Assembly (NCBI GenBank): GCA_965237905.1
Contig: OZ250172.1
Span: forward strand, 2,944,001 to 3,008,000
DNA from: Nitrospinaceae bacterium
GTDB lineage: Bacteria > Nitrospinota > Nitrospinia > Nitrospinales > Nitrospinaceae
Length of the DNA: 64,000 nt
Reading direction: 5' to 3'
Part shown: one piece after another, positions 18,703 to 27,699 of the stretch
How the letters are laid out: every line of letters begins with the position of its first letter
Numbering within the stretch: the first letter of the stretch is position 1
Notes under the pieces: model-generated
The model's database searches: none
What the model was told of the DNA's origin: nothing
What the model saw: the letters and a program-made list of their open reading frames with translations, nothing else
Position numbers and translations under genes: made by a program

Positions 18703-19932
18703 ATGAAACTCAAACTCCACTGGCAGATATTGATCGCGATGGTGCTGGCATGGCTGTTTCATCTGTTGGTGGGCGAGCCGTCCCGCATCGTCGAGCCGTT
18801 GGGCGTTGTTTTCATCCGGCTTTTGAAGATGGTCATTATTCCCCTGGTCGTCCTTTCCATCATTACGGGCGTCGCGGGGGTGGGAGACTCCAAAAAGTTG
18901 GGGCGGTTGGGGATTAAAACCCTTACGTATTATCTGGGCACCAGTCTGCTCGCGATTGTGTTGGGGTTGATTTTGGTGAATCTCATTCAACCGGGCAAGG
19001 TGGCGGATCTGCCGCCGGACCTCTCTTTTTCTCCGGACCAGTTACACAAACCGGATTCTCCGCTGGATGTTTTGATTCGCATGGTCCCGGTCAATCCCTT
19101 CGCCGCCGCCGTGGAGGGAGATATTCTCGGGCTGATCTTTTTTTCTATTGTCATCGGCTTTGGTATCACTCAGGTTTCGCAGGGTATTAAAGAAAAAATT
19201 CTTCCTCCCATTGAAGCGGCGCTTGAAGTGGTGATGAAGGTGGTGCATGTCATCATTCGTCTGGCCCCGATAGGGGTGTTCGGCCTGATTGTCCAGATGT
19301 TGAATCAGGATTTGGGTGCCGCATTTTTTAAGGCGGTGGGTCTTTATATGGTGACCATCGCCGTTGGATTGTCGATTCATTTTCTGATTGTCCTGCCTTT
19401 GATTTATTATCTGTTCCTGAGAAAAAACCCATTAGATCAATTCCGGCATATGGCGAGCGCGCTGGCGACGGTGTTCGCCACCAGTTCTTCCCTGGCGGCG
19501 CTTCCAGTGACGATGGAATGCGTGGAGGACAACATTGGAGTGCCCAACAAGATAGCCGGTTTTGTTTTACCACTGGGTGCAACGATCAATATGGACGGCA
19601 CCGCGTTGTTTGAATGTGTCGGGGTGCTGTTTATCGCCCAGGTAATGGGAATTTCCCTTGGGATGGACCAGCAATTTCTGGTGGTGCTGACCGCGCTGTT
19701 GGCCTCCATCGGAGCCGCCGCGGTGCCATCCGCTGGACTGGTGATGATTTTTATCGTGTTGGAAGCCGTGGGGATTCAGGGAGAAATGGTGGGCGTGATC
19801 GTCGGGACAATGCTGGCAGTGGACCGGCCGCTGGATATGTACCGGGGCCTGGTTAACATTTTCAGCGATTCGGTGGGTGCGGTGATCATTGCCAAGAGTG
19901 AAGGAGAGGAACTGACTCCTAAGGCGTCTTAA
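18703..19932 (+). CDS. Dicarboxylate/amino acid:cation symporter (DAACS)
   Basis: FIRLLKM, APIGVFGL, TSSSLAALP, PLGATINMDGTA, DRPLDMYR. Confidence 0.95.
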   Translation: MKLKLHWQILIAMVLAWLFHLLVGEPSRIVEPLGVVFIRLLKMVIIPLVVLSIITGVAGVGDSKKLGRLGIKTLTYYLGTSLLAIVLGLILVNLIQPGKVADLPPDLSFSPDQLHKPDSPLDVLIRMVPVNPFAAAVEGDILGLIFFSIVIGFGITQVSQGIKEKILPPIEAALEVVMKVVHVIIRLAPIGVFGLIVQMLNQDLGAAFFKAVGLYMVTIAVGLSIHFLIVLPLIYYLFLRKNPLDQFRHMASALATVFATSSSLAALPVTMECVEDNIGVPNKIAGFVLPLGATINMDGTALFECVGVLFIAQVMGISLGMDQQFLVVLTALLASIGAAAVPSAGLVMIFIVLEAVGIQGEMVGVIVGTMLAVDRPLDMYRGLVNIFSDSVGAVIIAKSEGEELTPKAS

Positions 19933-20919
19933 AGATAAGATTTGAGCCGAAGAGAGTATAAAGATAAAAGATACAGGCTATGGTCAGGATGGGGCCGCCC
20001 CAGATTTTCAGGACCGACCACGTTCCCATGTGTTTGACCAAGTCTCCCTCCGGACGGTTGCTGATGACAAAGGGGTGAGGTTTCTTTTTTTTGAATATCA
20101 ATTTGGTTTTTGGGATTAACTCTTCCAGCTTTTCCTTACTGTATTTGTTGGACAGTCTCTGTGCAAGAATTTGGGCGCCGCGTTCCAGTTCGTCGTGGTC
20201 CAGCGTGCCGTCGCGGTTGGCATCGTACCGGGCCTTTAACTTTTTATCCTCTTGAATCTCCTTTTTGGCTTTCAGAAAATATTTCAGTTTGGGTTTTTTG
20301 ATTTCCTCAAACCTTAACCCGGATTCTGCGTGTCCCAGAACATAAACCTCTTCGTTGGGCATAAAACACCATTCCAGAAGCCGGTATTTTTCTGAGAACA
20401 ACCATGAAGTTTTTTTGAATTTGAATTTTTTCAGTTGATGTTGGTTGGTAGTAAGGGATTTTCGTAGAGGGTCGGATATTTCATCCAAGTCGCTGGAACT
20501 GAAATAATAATTATCGGTTTTGCCTTTCCGGTTGATCCGGGCTCCCTCTGCCAGGACAAGGGCGGTGGCTCCGCTTTGGTCATCGATATAAAACCCTTCA
20601 TGCGAAAAAAACTGATCGATGGTCACCCAGTAAGTGCTGTTTTTTCGGCGTCGCTCTACCTGGATTTCGATGTGGTAAATGGCGCACGGTTGTCCGGAGA
20701 TCGGCGCGGTGACCATCCTTTCTTTTTCCACAATGATATTTCCTTTGATCTCAACATCAGTTCCCACGGCGCCGGTATTGATTTTTGAAGTGGGAATATT
20801 CTGGATGGTGCGTTTGATTTTGAGTTCTTTGAAGCCTCTGACAAACCAGACGACTCCCATGACCGCACCGATCGCGGCCCCATGATTAAATCGCCGTCAT
20901 TGCTTGAAGATGTTGGCAT
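19919..20919 (-). CDS. GIDE-domain membrane protein with EF-hand-like loop, paralog 2, apparent frameshift near 20878-20881
   Basis: Clear paralog of 20933-21958 (GFKELK..R.IQNIPTSKI, DANRDGTLDHDEL). The ATG at 20919 is out of frame with the body by one base in a G4 run. Confidence 0.75.
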
Positions 20920-20932
20920 ATGAGGTTTTAGA

Positions 20933-21958
20933 TTATGGGGAAAATAAGGTGAAGAGGTAGGCTGCGCACCCGGTGCTTAAAACAGGTCCTCCCCAGATTT
21001 TCAGGGTGGACCAGGTAGCCAGGTCTTTGATCAAATCTTTTTCCGACATATTGCTGATGTAGAATGGATTTGGCTTTTTCTGTTTGAAGATCATTTTGGT
21101 TTTGGAGGCGAGATCTTCCAGCTTCTCCTTGCTGTGCTTCGATTCCAGTTGCAGGGCCAGTATTTTGGCTCCCCGTTCCAGTTCCGCCTCGTCCAGTTGA
21201 CCGTCTTGATTGGTATCGAAGCGGACTTTCAATTTGTCGTTTTCCTGGATTGCTTTTTTGGCTTTTAAGAAGGTTTTGAATTTCAGGGTTTTGCGTTTGG
21301 GGGCTCTCAGTCCGGAATCCGCATAGCCGAGGACGAAGATGGTTTCGCCTACCGGGAAATACCATTCCCGGAACCGGAAGCGGTTTGAAAAGAGCCATGA
21401 AGATTTTTTCATTTTGAATTTTCTCAGTTTTTTCTGGTTGGCCTCAAGAGCCTGGTGCAACCCCAATGGCATCTGGTCAAAATTGTTGGATTGCATCTCG
21501 AAATCCCGGGTGCCGCCTTTTCTTTTGACGACCGCCCCACTTGCCAACACCATGGCGTTGGCCCCACTGCTGTCATCGATAAAAAACCCTTTGCCTGAAT
21601 AAAAGCTTTCGACGGTGACCCAATGCCCTCGGTTGAATCCGGTTCGGGAATTGTGGCTTCCAAGCGAACTTCCCCGGTAACTGCGGTTCCGTTCCCAACG
21701 TTGAATTTCGATAGAGTAGAAGGCGCAAGGGCGTCCACTGATCGGGGCATTAACGATTTGATCTTTTTCACAAACGATCCGGCCGGTGACCTCGACGTTG
21801 GTCCCGATGGCGCCGGTGCTTATTTTAGAGGTGGGAATATTCTGGATAATGCGCTTGGATTTGAGTTCCTTGAATCCGGCGAAGAAAAAGTAAATGCCGA
21901 GGCTCAGCCCTATCAGGGCTATGATCGGTTCACTGCCTTCTATATAGACTCCATTCAT
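20933..21958 (-). CDS. GIDE-domain membrane protein with EF-hand-like loop, paralog 1
   Basis: N- and C-terminal TM helices, IPTSKI, APISGRPC, FFIDDSSG, DTNQDGQLDEAEL; follows lemA. Confidence 0.8.
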   Translation of the reverse strand: MNGVYIEGSEPIIALIGLSLGIYFFFAGFKELKSKRIIQNIPTSKISTGAIGTNVEVTGRIVCEKDQIVNAPISGRPCAFYSIEIQRWERNRSYRGSSLGSHNSRTGFNRGHWVTVESFYSGKGFFIDDSSGANAMVLASGAVVKRKGGTRDFEMQSNNFDQMPLGLHQALEANQKKLRKFKMKKSSWLFSNRFRFREWYFPVGETIFVLGYADSGLRAPKRKTLKFKTFLKAKKAIQENDKLKVRFDTNQDGQLDEAELERGAKILALQLESKHSKEKLEDLASKTKMIFKQKKPNPFYISNMSEKDLIKDLATWSTLKIWGGPVLSTGCAAYLFTLFSP

Positions 21959-21996
21959 GATTACTGCTGGATTTGTTATGGTCCAAGCGGGACAAC

Positions 21997-22581
21997 TCAG
22001 CCGAACTTGGGAATCTTGATGTTGATTTTGACATCCTCGCGTTCTTTTTGGCTGACTTTGAACATGACCTCGTCCTGATAATTGAGCATACCTGCAATGA
22101 GGACGTCTGGGATCTGCTTGATACGGATATTGTAGTTGTTGACGCTATCGTTGTAGAACTCCCGCCGGTCTGCCAGGGTTTCTTCCAGATGGGAGATGCG
22201 TTCCTGGAGTTGCATGAAGTTCTTGTTGGTTTTCAAGTCTGGATAACTTTCTGCCAGCGCGAATATGCCTTGCAGAGCTGCGGTAACTTCGTTGCTGGCT
22301 TCCGATTTTTTGGCAACGCCCTCCGCTTTGAAGTATTTTTCGCGAGCTTTCATGAGGCGATCCAGAACGCCTGTTTCGAACTCCGAGTAACTTTCACAGA
22401 CGGAGATCAGCTTGGGAAGTTCATCGTGACGCTGTTTGAGGATGACGTCGATGTTGGACCACGATTTTTTGATGTTTTCCTTCAGGGAGATCAGGCCGTT
22501 GTAAATGGTTACGAAGTAGCCGACGATGGCCAGTGCCCCGAAGAGGAAAATCCCCAAAAAGATTAAGATTCCTGTGCTCAT
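21997..22581 (-). CDS. lemA: LemA family protein
   Basis: YNGLI, WSNIDVILKQRHDELPKL, ESYPDLK, RREFYNDSVNNYN. Confidence 0.95.
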   Translation of the reverse strand: MSTGILIFLGIFLFGALAIVGYFVTIYNGLISLKENIKKSWSNIDVILKQRHDELPKLISVCESYSEFETGVLDRLMKAREKYFKAEGVAKKSEASNEVTAALQGIFALAESYPDLKTNKNFMQLQERISHLEETLADRREFYNDSVNNYNIRIKQIPDVLIAGMLNYQDEVMFKVSQKEREDVKINIKIPKFG

Positions 22582-22786
22582 CCGTTTTTCCTTCCGTTAA
22601 TAAGGTTGGGCCCAACCCCTCCCCGTTTAGAATCATGCTTGTGATGTCTTCTCGATTGAAAGCTGACTATATGATCAAGGTTAAGGGAACGGCGATGAAT
22701 AATCAAAATTTTTATAGGAATGGCGTCTATAAGCCACATCCGTTGTTCGTCGGATGAGGTTTCTAATAGAGAGGGTTTCTACGATC

Positions 22787-22999
22787 CTATAAAGAATTTA
22801 TGTCCTCTTCGTCGACGATATTTTCCGCGAAGCCGTCTTCAATGATGGCGTCAGCTAAATTCCCATAACCTCCCGGTTCGTAATTATCGACGTTTTCGTT
22901 GTCGAAGTCGTCGAAATAAACGGAATGTTCTTTTTCGCACCATTCTCGAATAGAATTGCTGAATCTCAGGATTCTTTGCACCGCTTCCAGTTTGTCCAT
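22787..22999 (-). CDS. Small acidic hypothetical protein
   Basis: 70-aa ORF filling an intergenic gap, protein-like composition. Confidence 0.65.
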   Translation of the reverse strand: MDKLEAVQRILRFSNSIREWCEKEHSVYFDDFDNENVDNYEPGGYGNLADAIIEDGFAENIVDEEDINSL

Positions 23000-23159
23000 A
23001 GGTTTTCAATCCGTATGTAATAAGAGGGTATGCCGAAACCCCGCCAATTTAGTGCTAAAAAAATTCATGGGATTATTTTAAAACGACTCTATAATATTAA
23101 AAGACCTTTTTAGAAGAAATATACACTAAAAAAGGAAAAGCAGTCTAAAGGATAAAAAT

Positions 23160-23996
23160 ATGGCGATAAAAATTACAGACTTGGTGGAATCCTGGGCGGC
23201 ATCTCCACCCATATTGTACTACCAACTTCGTGAAAAACTGGATGATCCCGATACCTCCTTCGATGATTTGGCGACCATTATCCAGAATGACACGGTAATG
23301 AGTGCGCGGCTTCTTAAAATCGTCAATAGTGCCTTTTACGGATTCGATGAAAAGGTGGATACCTTAACGCACGCCTTGAACATTGTCGGTACCGAGCAAT
23401 TGACCGATCTCGCGTTGGCCGCCATTGTTACCAGCAAGTTTGGGGGCATTCCACGTGACCTGATTAACATGGAAACATTCTGGATGCACAGCATCGGCTG
23501 TGGCATTGCCGCCCGGAAAATAGCCAAGCTCCTGTCGGGTGTGGAAGCTGAAAAAATGTATCTGGGAGGGATGCTCCACGATATCGGAAGTTTGATTCTT
23601 TTCAAGGAATCGCCGGGGGACGCCAAAAAAATCTTACTGCGTTGCAAGGAAAGCGGAGAGAGCCTTTTCAAGGTGGAAAAAGAGGTTCTTGGCTACGATC
23701 ATGCGGAAGTTGGAGCCTTGCTATTGACGGAATGGAAGCTTCCCGAGAGATTGGTAGAAATGGTAAGATATCACCACCAACCCGCGAATGCAGGGGATTA
23801 TCTGGAAGAGACCTGTATTATTGCCCGGGCGGATGCGTTGGTTTACGAAATGGAAATCGGGAACAGCGGAGAACCGGGAGTGCCGGAATTGGATCCGAGG
23901 GTTTCCGAGATGGTTCCAATACCTGACGAAGAAATGAACCGATTGAAAGAAGAAATTGCCGTGCAGGTAGACGACACGGTTCGAATGTTCTTTTAA
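23160..23996 (+). CDS. HDOD domain protein
   Basis: ARLLKIVNSAFYG, FWMHS, GMLHDIG, DHAEVGA, W.LP, YHH. Confidence 0.93.
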   Translation: MAIKITDLVESWAASPPILYYQLREKLDDPDTSFDDLATIIQNDTVMSARLLKIVNSAFYGFDEKVDTLTHALNIVGTEQLTDLALAAIVTSKFGGIPRDLINMETFWMHSIGCGIAARKIAKLLSGVEAEKMYLGGMLHDIGSLILFKESPGDAKKILLRCKESGESLFKVEKEVLGYDHAEVGALLLTEWKLPERLVEMVRYHHQPANAGDYLEETCIIARADALVYEMEIGNSGEPGVPELDPRVSEMVPIPDEEMNRLKEEIAVQVDDTVRMFF

Positions 23997-24014
23997 TCAT
24001 AACTTCTATTGGCT

Positions 24015-24257
24015 ATGCAAAAATCCAAACCCAAATTTTGTGTGGGACAATTGATCCATCATAAAAAGTTTGACTACCATGGGGTGGTGTTGGGTGTCGA
24101 CCCGGAGTTCAACAATAGTGAGGAATGGTATGAAATCATGGCCCAGAGCCGTCCCCCCAAAGACCAGCCCTGGTACCATGTCAAAATTCATGGGCAGGAA
24201 AATGTTCGTTACGTCGCCGAAAGGCATCTGGAACAGGACCCCTCAATTATGAATTGA
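24015..24257 (+). CDS. hspQ: Heat shock protein HspQ / YccV-like
   Basis: KFCVGQLIHH, YHGVVLGVDPEF, PPKDQPWYHV, YVAERHL. Confidence 0.9.
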   Translation: MQKSKPKFCVGQLIHHKKFDYHGVVLGVDPEFNNSEEWYEIMAQSRPPKDQPWYHVKIHGQENVRYVAERHLEQDPSIMN

Positions 24258-24293
24258 CCGGATTTGCATTCCTCCTGTTTGAACAATTAAACC

Positions 24294-24551
24294 ATGTCTC
24301 CCTCTCCAACTATTCTCCAGTGGATGACTGCTTTTGTTTTGCTGGCCCTTTTTTCCTGGGTTCTGCTGTCATTGCTTTGGGATATTGTTCCCACTCCCTG
24401 GCTCAATACAGATAAGCCTCAAAATAGGACCTGGGGAATCGTTCTATTGGTCGTGATGGGGTTGTTGAACTATTCCTTTGCCAGCGAGGTTTTGGGATGG
24501 GTCTGGATGGGGATCCGGCACCTTCTTGGGTTTGATCTGGAGGGATTGTAA
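24294..24551 (+). CDS. Small membrane protein
   Basis: 85 aa with two hydrophobic helices. Confidence 0.55.
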   Translation: MSPSPTILQWMTAFVLLALFSWVLLSLLWDIVPTPWLNTDKPQNRTWGIVLLVVMGLLNYSFASEVLGWVWMGIRHLLGFDLEGL

Positions 24552-24776
24552 CCCGCGCATCCTGCGACTCGTTTTATCTTCCCGCCAAATGCTAATTTTC
24601 TATTGATTTTTAAAGAGTTATGGGCCATACTTCAGTTCCTGGCCTCGTGGTGCCGGGGGATTCTTTCACGAAATCCCTCGATGCTTCGAAAATTTGATCT
24701 AACCCATTAATGATCATTTCCAAAGTTTCCCACGCATTTTTAAAAAATTAAGCCTTCCCTGCGAGTCAAAAATTCC

Positions 24777-26792
24777 ATGAATCAGGTAAAAGTACCCGGC
24801 CCAACTAGAAATCTCAACCCGTCAATAGAACAGATTGAATGTGAAAACCAATGGTATTCGTCGGTTTTTGAATTTTTGAAATCCATCGAAATAACCCGGC
24901 AGGACAACGACATTTCATTCAATCCTTTATTTGAAAATACGCACCGTTATTTGAATCATATTCTTGATTTTCGGAATGCCGCGTTTTACCTGGCCGAAGA
25001 ACAAGAAGACGCTTTTACTCTGAAATACTGGCAACCCGTTTCCCGTGAATCCTTGTTCCGCCGCCAGATCGCCTCTTTGATCAAGAATAATGAGTTCGAT
25101 TGGCGCAGGGAGCCGGATCGCTCATATGTTTATTGCGATGACGAAACGGGTTCTTCCCTGGTTTTGCAGGCCATCGCGACTCCCAATCATTGTTTTGGTG
25201 TGTTCGCGGGGATGTATGAGGAAAACCTTCCCCCCGACAGGTCTCATGAGAAACTGAACCAGTTGTCTTCTGTTTTACAAAATCTAGCTCAGGTATTGGA
25301 GGGGGTTTTCACCCGAAGCGGGCTCTCCCAAATGAATGGCACAGCAAACCCGGCCATGCTAACACCGTTAACAAACACTCAAAACCAGGATATCGCTTTG
25401 CCCAATAAGGATACTTGTTGGCCGCAAGGGCCGGGAGTGTTTCACAAGCAACCTTTTCATGATTTTGTGACGGAACTCCCCAGCCGCGCTTTGGTGGAGG
25501 ACCGGCTGAACATGGCTTTGGCCCATGCCCGGCATAGCGAGGAGAAAGTCGCTGTTTTGATTTTGGACATCGATAATTTTAAAAGAGTGAATGATTTTAT
25601 GGGAATCCCTGCGGGGGACATGTTGCTTAAAAATCTGTCTCAGCGGATCCGGAAATGTTTAAGGGAGGAAGACACTTTGGGGCGGCAGGGTGGCGATGAA
25701 TTTATCATACTGCTTCCTGACATTCATTTGATTCAAGACGTCGAATTCCGGGTTCAAAAAATACTGGATGGAATTCGCGGCTCCTTCCAGTTTGAAGAAC
25801 AGGAAATTCACGCCAGTTGCAGTGTGGGGGTTGCTGTTTATCCCGACGATGCGGAGGGTACGGCCGGGTTGGTCCAAAAGGCAAAGGCCGCCATGTGCCA
25901 GGCCAAAGAGGAGGGTAAGGACCGGTATAAGTTTTTCAAACCCTTTATGCTTTCCAAGGGTTACCGACAGATGAGCCTGGAGAGTTCTCTTCGCAAAGCT
26001 CTGGAGCGCGAGGAATTTCAGTTGCATTTCCAGCCGAAGATGTCCATTCAAACCGGCAAGATTGAGGGTATGGAGGCTCTCCTGAGGTGGAATCACCCAG
26101 CAGGAGGGTTGATTTATCCTTCAGAGTTTGTGCCGGTTGCGGAGGAGATAGGTTTGATTCAACCGATCGGGGAGTGGGTTCTTCTCAGTGCCTGTCAGCA
26201 GATTAAAGCTTGGAAGCGGGCGGGATTTCCTCCGATCAGCATTGCGGTGAACCTTTCCGCATATCAGGTGAATCAGCCTCATTGGGTTTCTAAAGTTCAG
26301 ACTATTCTGGAACGAACGGGGGTCGATCCGAAATCTCTTGAAATGGAGATCACCGAAACCGTTTTGATGGATAATTCAGATGTGGCGTTGTCCAACTTGC
26401 GCCAATTGGATGAAATGGGAATCCGGATTTCAATCGACGATTTTGGCACCGGGTACTCATCGCTTTCTTATTTGAAACGCTTCCCCATCCATGCCCTGAA
26501 AATTGACCGATCCTTTGTTCGCGGCATCGGCAAATTGGGTAAGGGAACCGATGCGGTGATCACCAAGGCTATCGTTTCTCTGGCCCAGGCGTTGAATCTG
26601 AAAACCGTGGCGGAGGGAGTGGAGCGGGTGCAGGAGAAGGCCTATCTCGAATCGATCGGGTGTGACGATATGCAGGGAGACCTGTTCAGTAAACCCTTGC
26701 CCGTGGAGCAGATCAATTACATGTTCACACGAAAACTAAAAAACCCGGTGCGCAACTATTGGCCGCCGGAGGAAGTGCCCCAAGCGGTCTAA
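24777..26792 (+). CDS. Diguanylate cyclase/phosphodiesterase (GAF-like N-terminus, GGDEF, EAL)
   Basis: DIDNFKRVND, GGDEF, EALLRW, DDFGTGYSSL, KIDRSF, AEGVE. Confidence 0.95.
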   Translation: MNQVKVPGPTRNLNPSIEQIECENQWYSSVFEFLKSIEITRQDNDISFNPLFENTHRYLNHILDFRNAAFYLAEEQEDAFTLKYWQPVSRESLFRRQIASLIKNNEFDWRREPDRSYVYCDDETGSSLVLQAIATPNHCFGVFAGMYEENLPPDRSHEKLNQLSSVLQNLAQVLEGVFTRSGLSQMNGTANPAMLTPLTNTQNQDIALPNKDTCWPQGPGVFHKQPFHDFVTELPSRALVEDRLNMALAHARHSEEKVAVLILDIDNFKRVNDFMGIPAGDMLLKNLSQRIRKCLREEDTLGRQGGDEFIILLPDIHLIQDVEFRVQKILDGIRGSFQFEEQEIHASCSVGVAVYPDDAEGTAGLVQKAKAAMCQAKEEGKDRYKFFKPFMLSKGYRQMSLESSLRKALEREEFQLHFQPKMSIQTGKIEGMEALLRWNHPAGGLIYPSEFVPVAEEIGLIQPIGEWVLLSACQQIKAWKRAGFPPISIAVNLSAYQVNQPHWVSKVQTILERTGVDPKSLEMEITETVLMDNSDVALSNLRQLDEMGIRISIDDFGTGYSSLSYLKRFPIHALKIDRSFVRGIGKLGKGTDAVITKAIVSLAQALNLKTVAEGVERVQEKAYLESIGCDDMQGDLFSKPLPVEQINYMFTRKLKNPVRNYWPPEEVPQAV

Positions 26793-26832
26793 AAAAAAGA
26801 AGCGGCTGGGGATCCTCTCCCGCAACCGCTTC
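26791..26832 (-). terminator. Rho-independent terminator of the ferredoxin gene
   Basis: gaagcgg...ccgcttc stem followed on the minus strand by U8. Confidence 0.7.
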
Positions 26833-26854
26833 GAATATCCAAGGTATTACAATC

Positions 26855-27193
26855 TTACAGATCGGCGTTCTTTCGATCCGGATTTCTGAACAGAGAAGTT
26901 TCATTGGTCAGATCGTCCAACGCCGGGAAGTCCTGGTCGGGATGGATCTTCACGGCTTTGACCAGTAATTCCTCTTCGGATTCTTTTTTGTCTTCATCAG
27001 GGATACAACAGTCTACCGGGCAGACTTCCTGACAGGCTTCCTCGCCGTGGAACCCCACACATTCCGTACAGAGATCGGGATCGATGTAATAGATGTCGAC
27101 TCCACCTTTGGTGCCGTCATCGATTGCCTCATTCGGGCACTCCGGTTCACAAACACCACAGTTAATACATTCATCAGTGATAATTGTTGCCAT
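26855..27193 (-). CDS. YfhL-family 2[4Fe-4S] ferredoxin
   Basis: CINCGVCEPECP and CTECVGFHGEEACQEVCPVDC. Confidence 0.93.
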   Translation of the reverse strand: MATIITDECINCGVCEPECPNEAIDDGTKGGVDIYYIDPDLCTECVGFHGEEACQEVCPVDCCIPDEDKKESEEELLVKAVKIHPDQDFPALDDLTNETSLFRNPDRKNADL

Positions 27194-27484
27194 GAGCTCT
27201 ATCCTTTTTTGAAAGTTAATCTAAAATTTATTTCTATCTATATAAAAGTAATGAATACGCGTTTTATAATTGAGGGCGGTATGATAACAAAACGACTTTT
27301 GAAATGAAAATAAAAATCTCATTCATTCTAAAGATAAATAAACTAATCGGTTCTGGAGTTTATTTCAAGGATAAACTAACAGTGGATTGGAGCCGGATTG
27401 AGTTTCAACCTCTCAATAGTAAAAGGGGGATTTCCCCGAACCGGCCCCAAGGGGCCGGAAAGATACTTAACCTGTTGAAATATT

Positions 27485-27561
<77 letters not shown>

Positions 27562-27602
27562 TCGTTTATTCGTTAGAGCAAAAATCAATGCCAAAACACG
27601 GT

Positions 27603-27629
27603 ATTATACAGATTCTAAAGGATTGTCAA
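27603..27629 (-). promoter_or_regulatory. Probable sigma70 promoter for the tRNA
   Basis: TTGACA-15 bp-TATAAT about 40 bp upstream of the tRNA; hexamers are perfect but the spacer is short. Confidence 0.55.
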
Positions 27630-27699
27630 GATTTAATCCGAACCCCCGGTCCCCACAGGCGGGACCAATTCTTTCCCGATTTGTTATGATGAGGACGTC

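Noticed and set aside
24552..24776. c-di-GMP riboswitch upstream of the GGDEF-EAL gene
   Set aside because: Small hairpins are present but I see no GEMM consensus.
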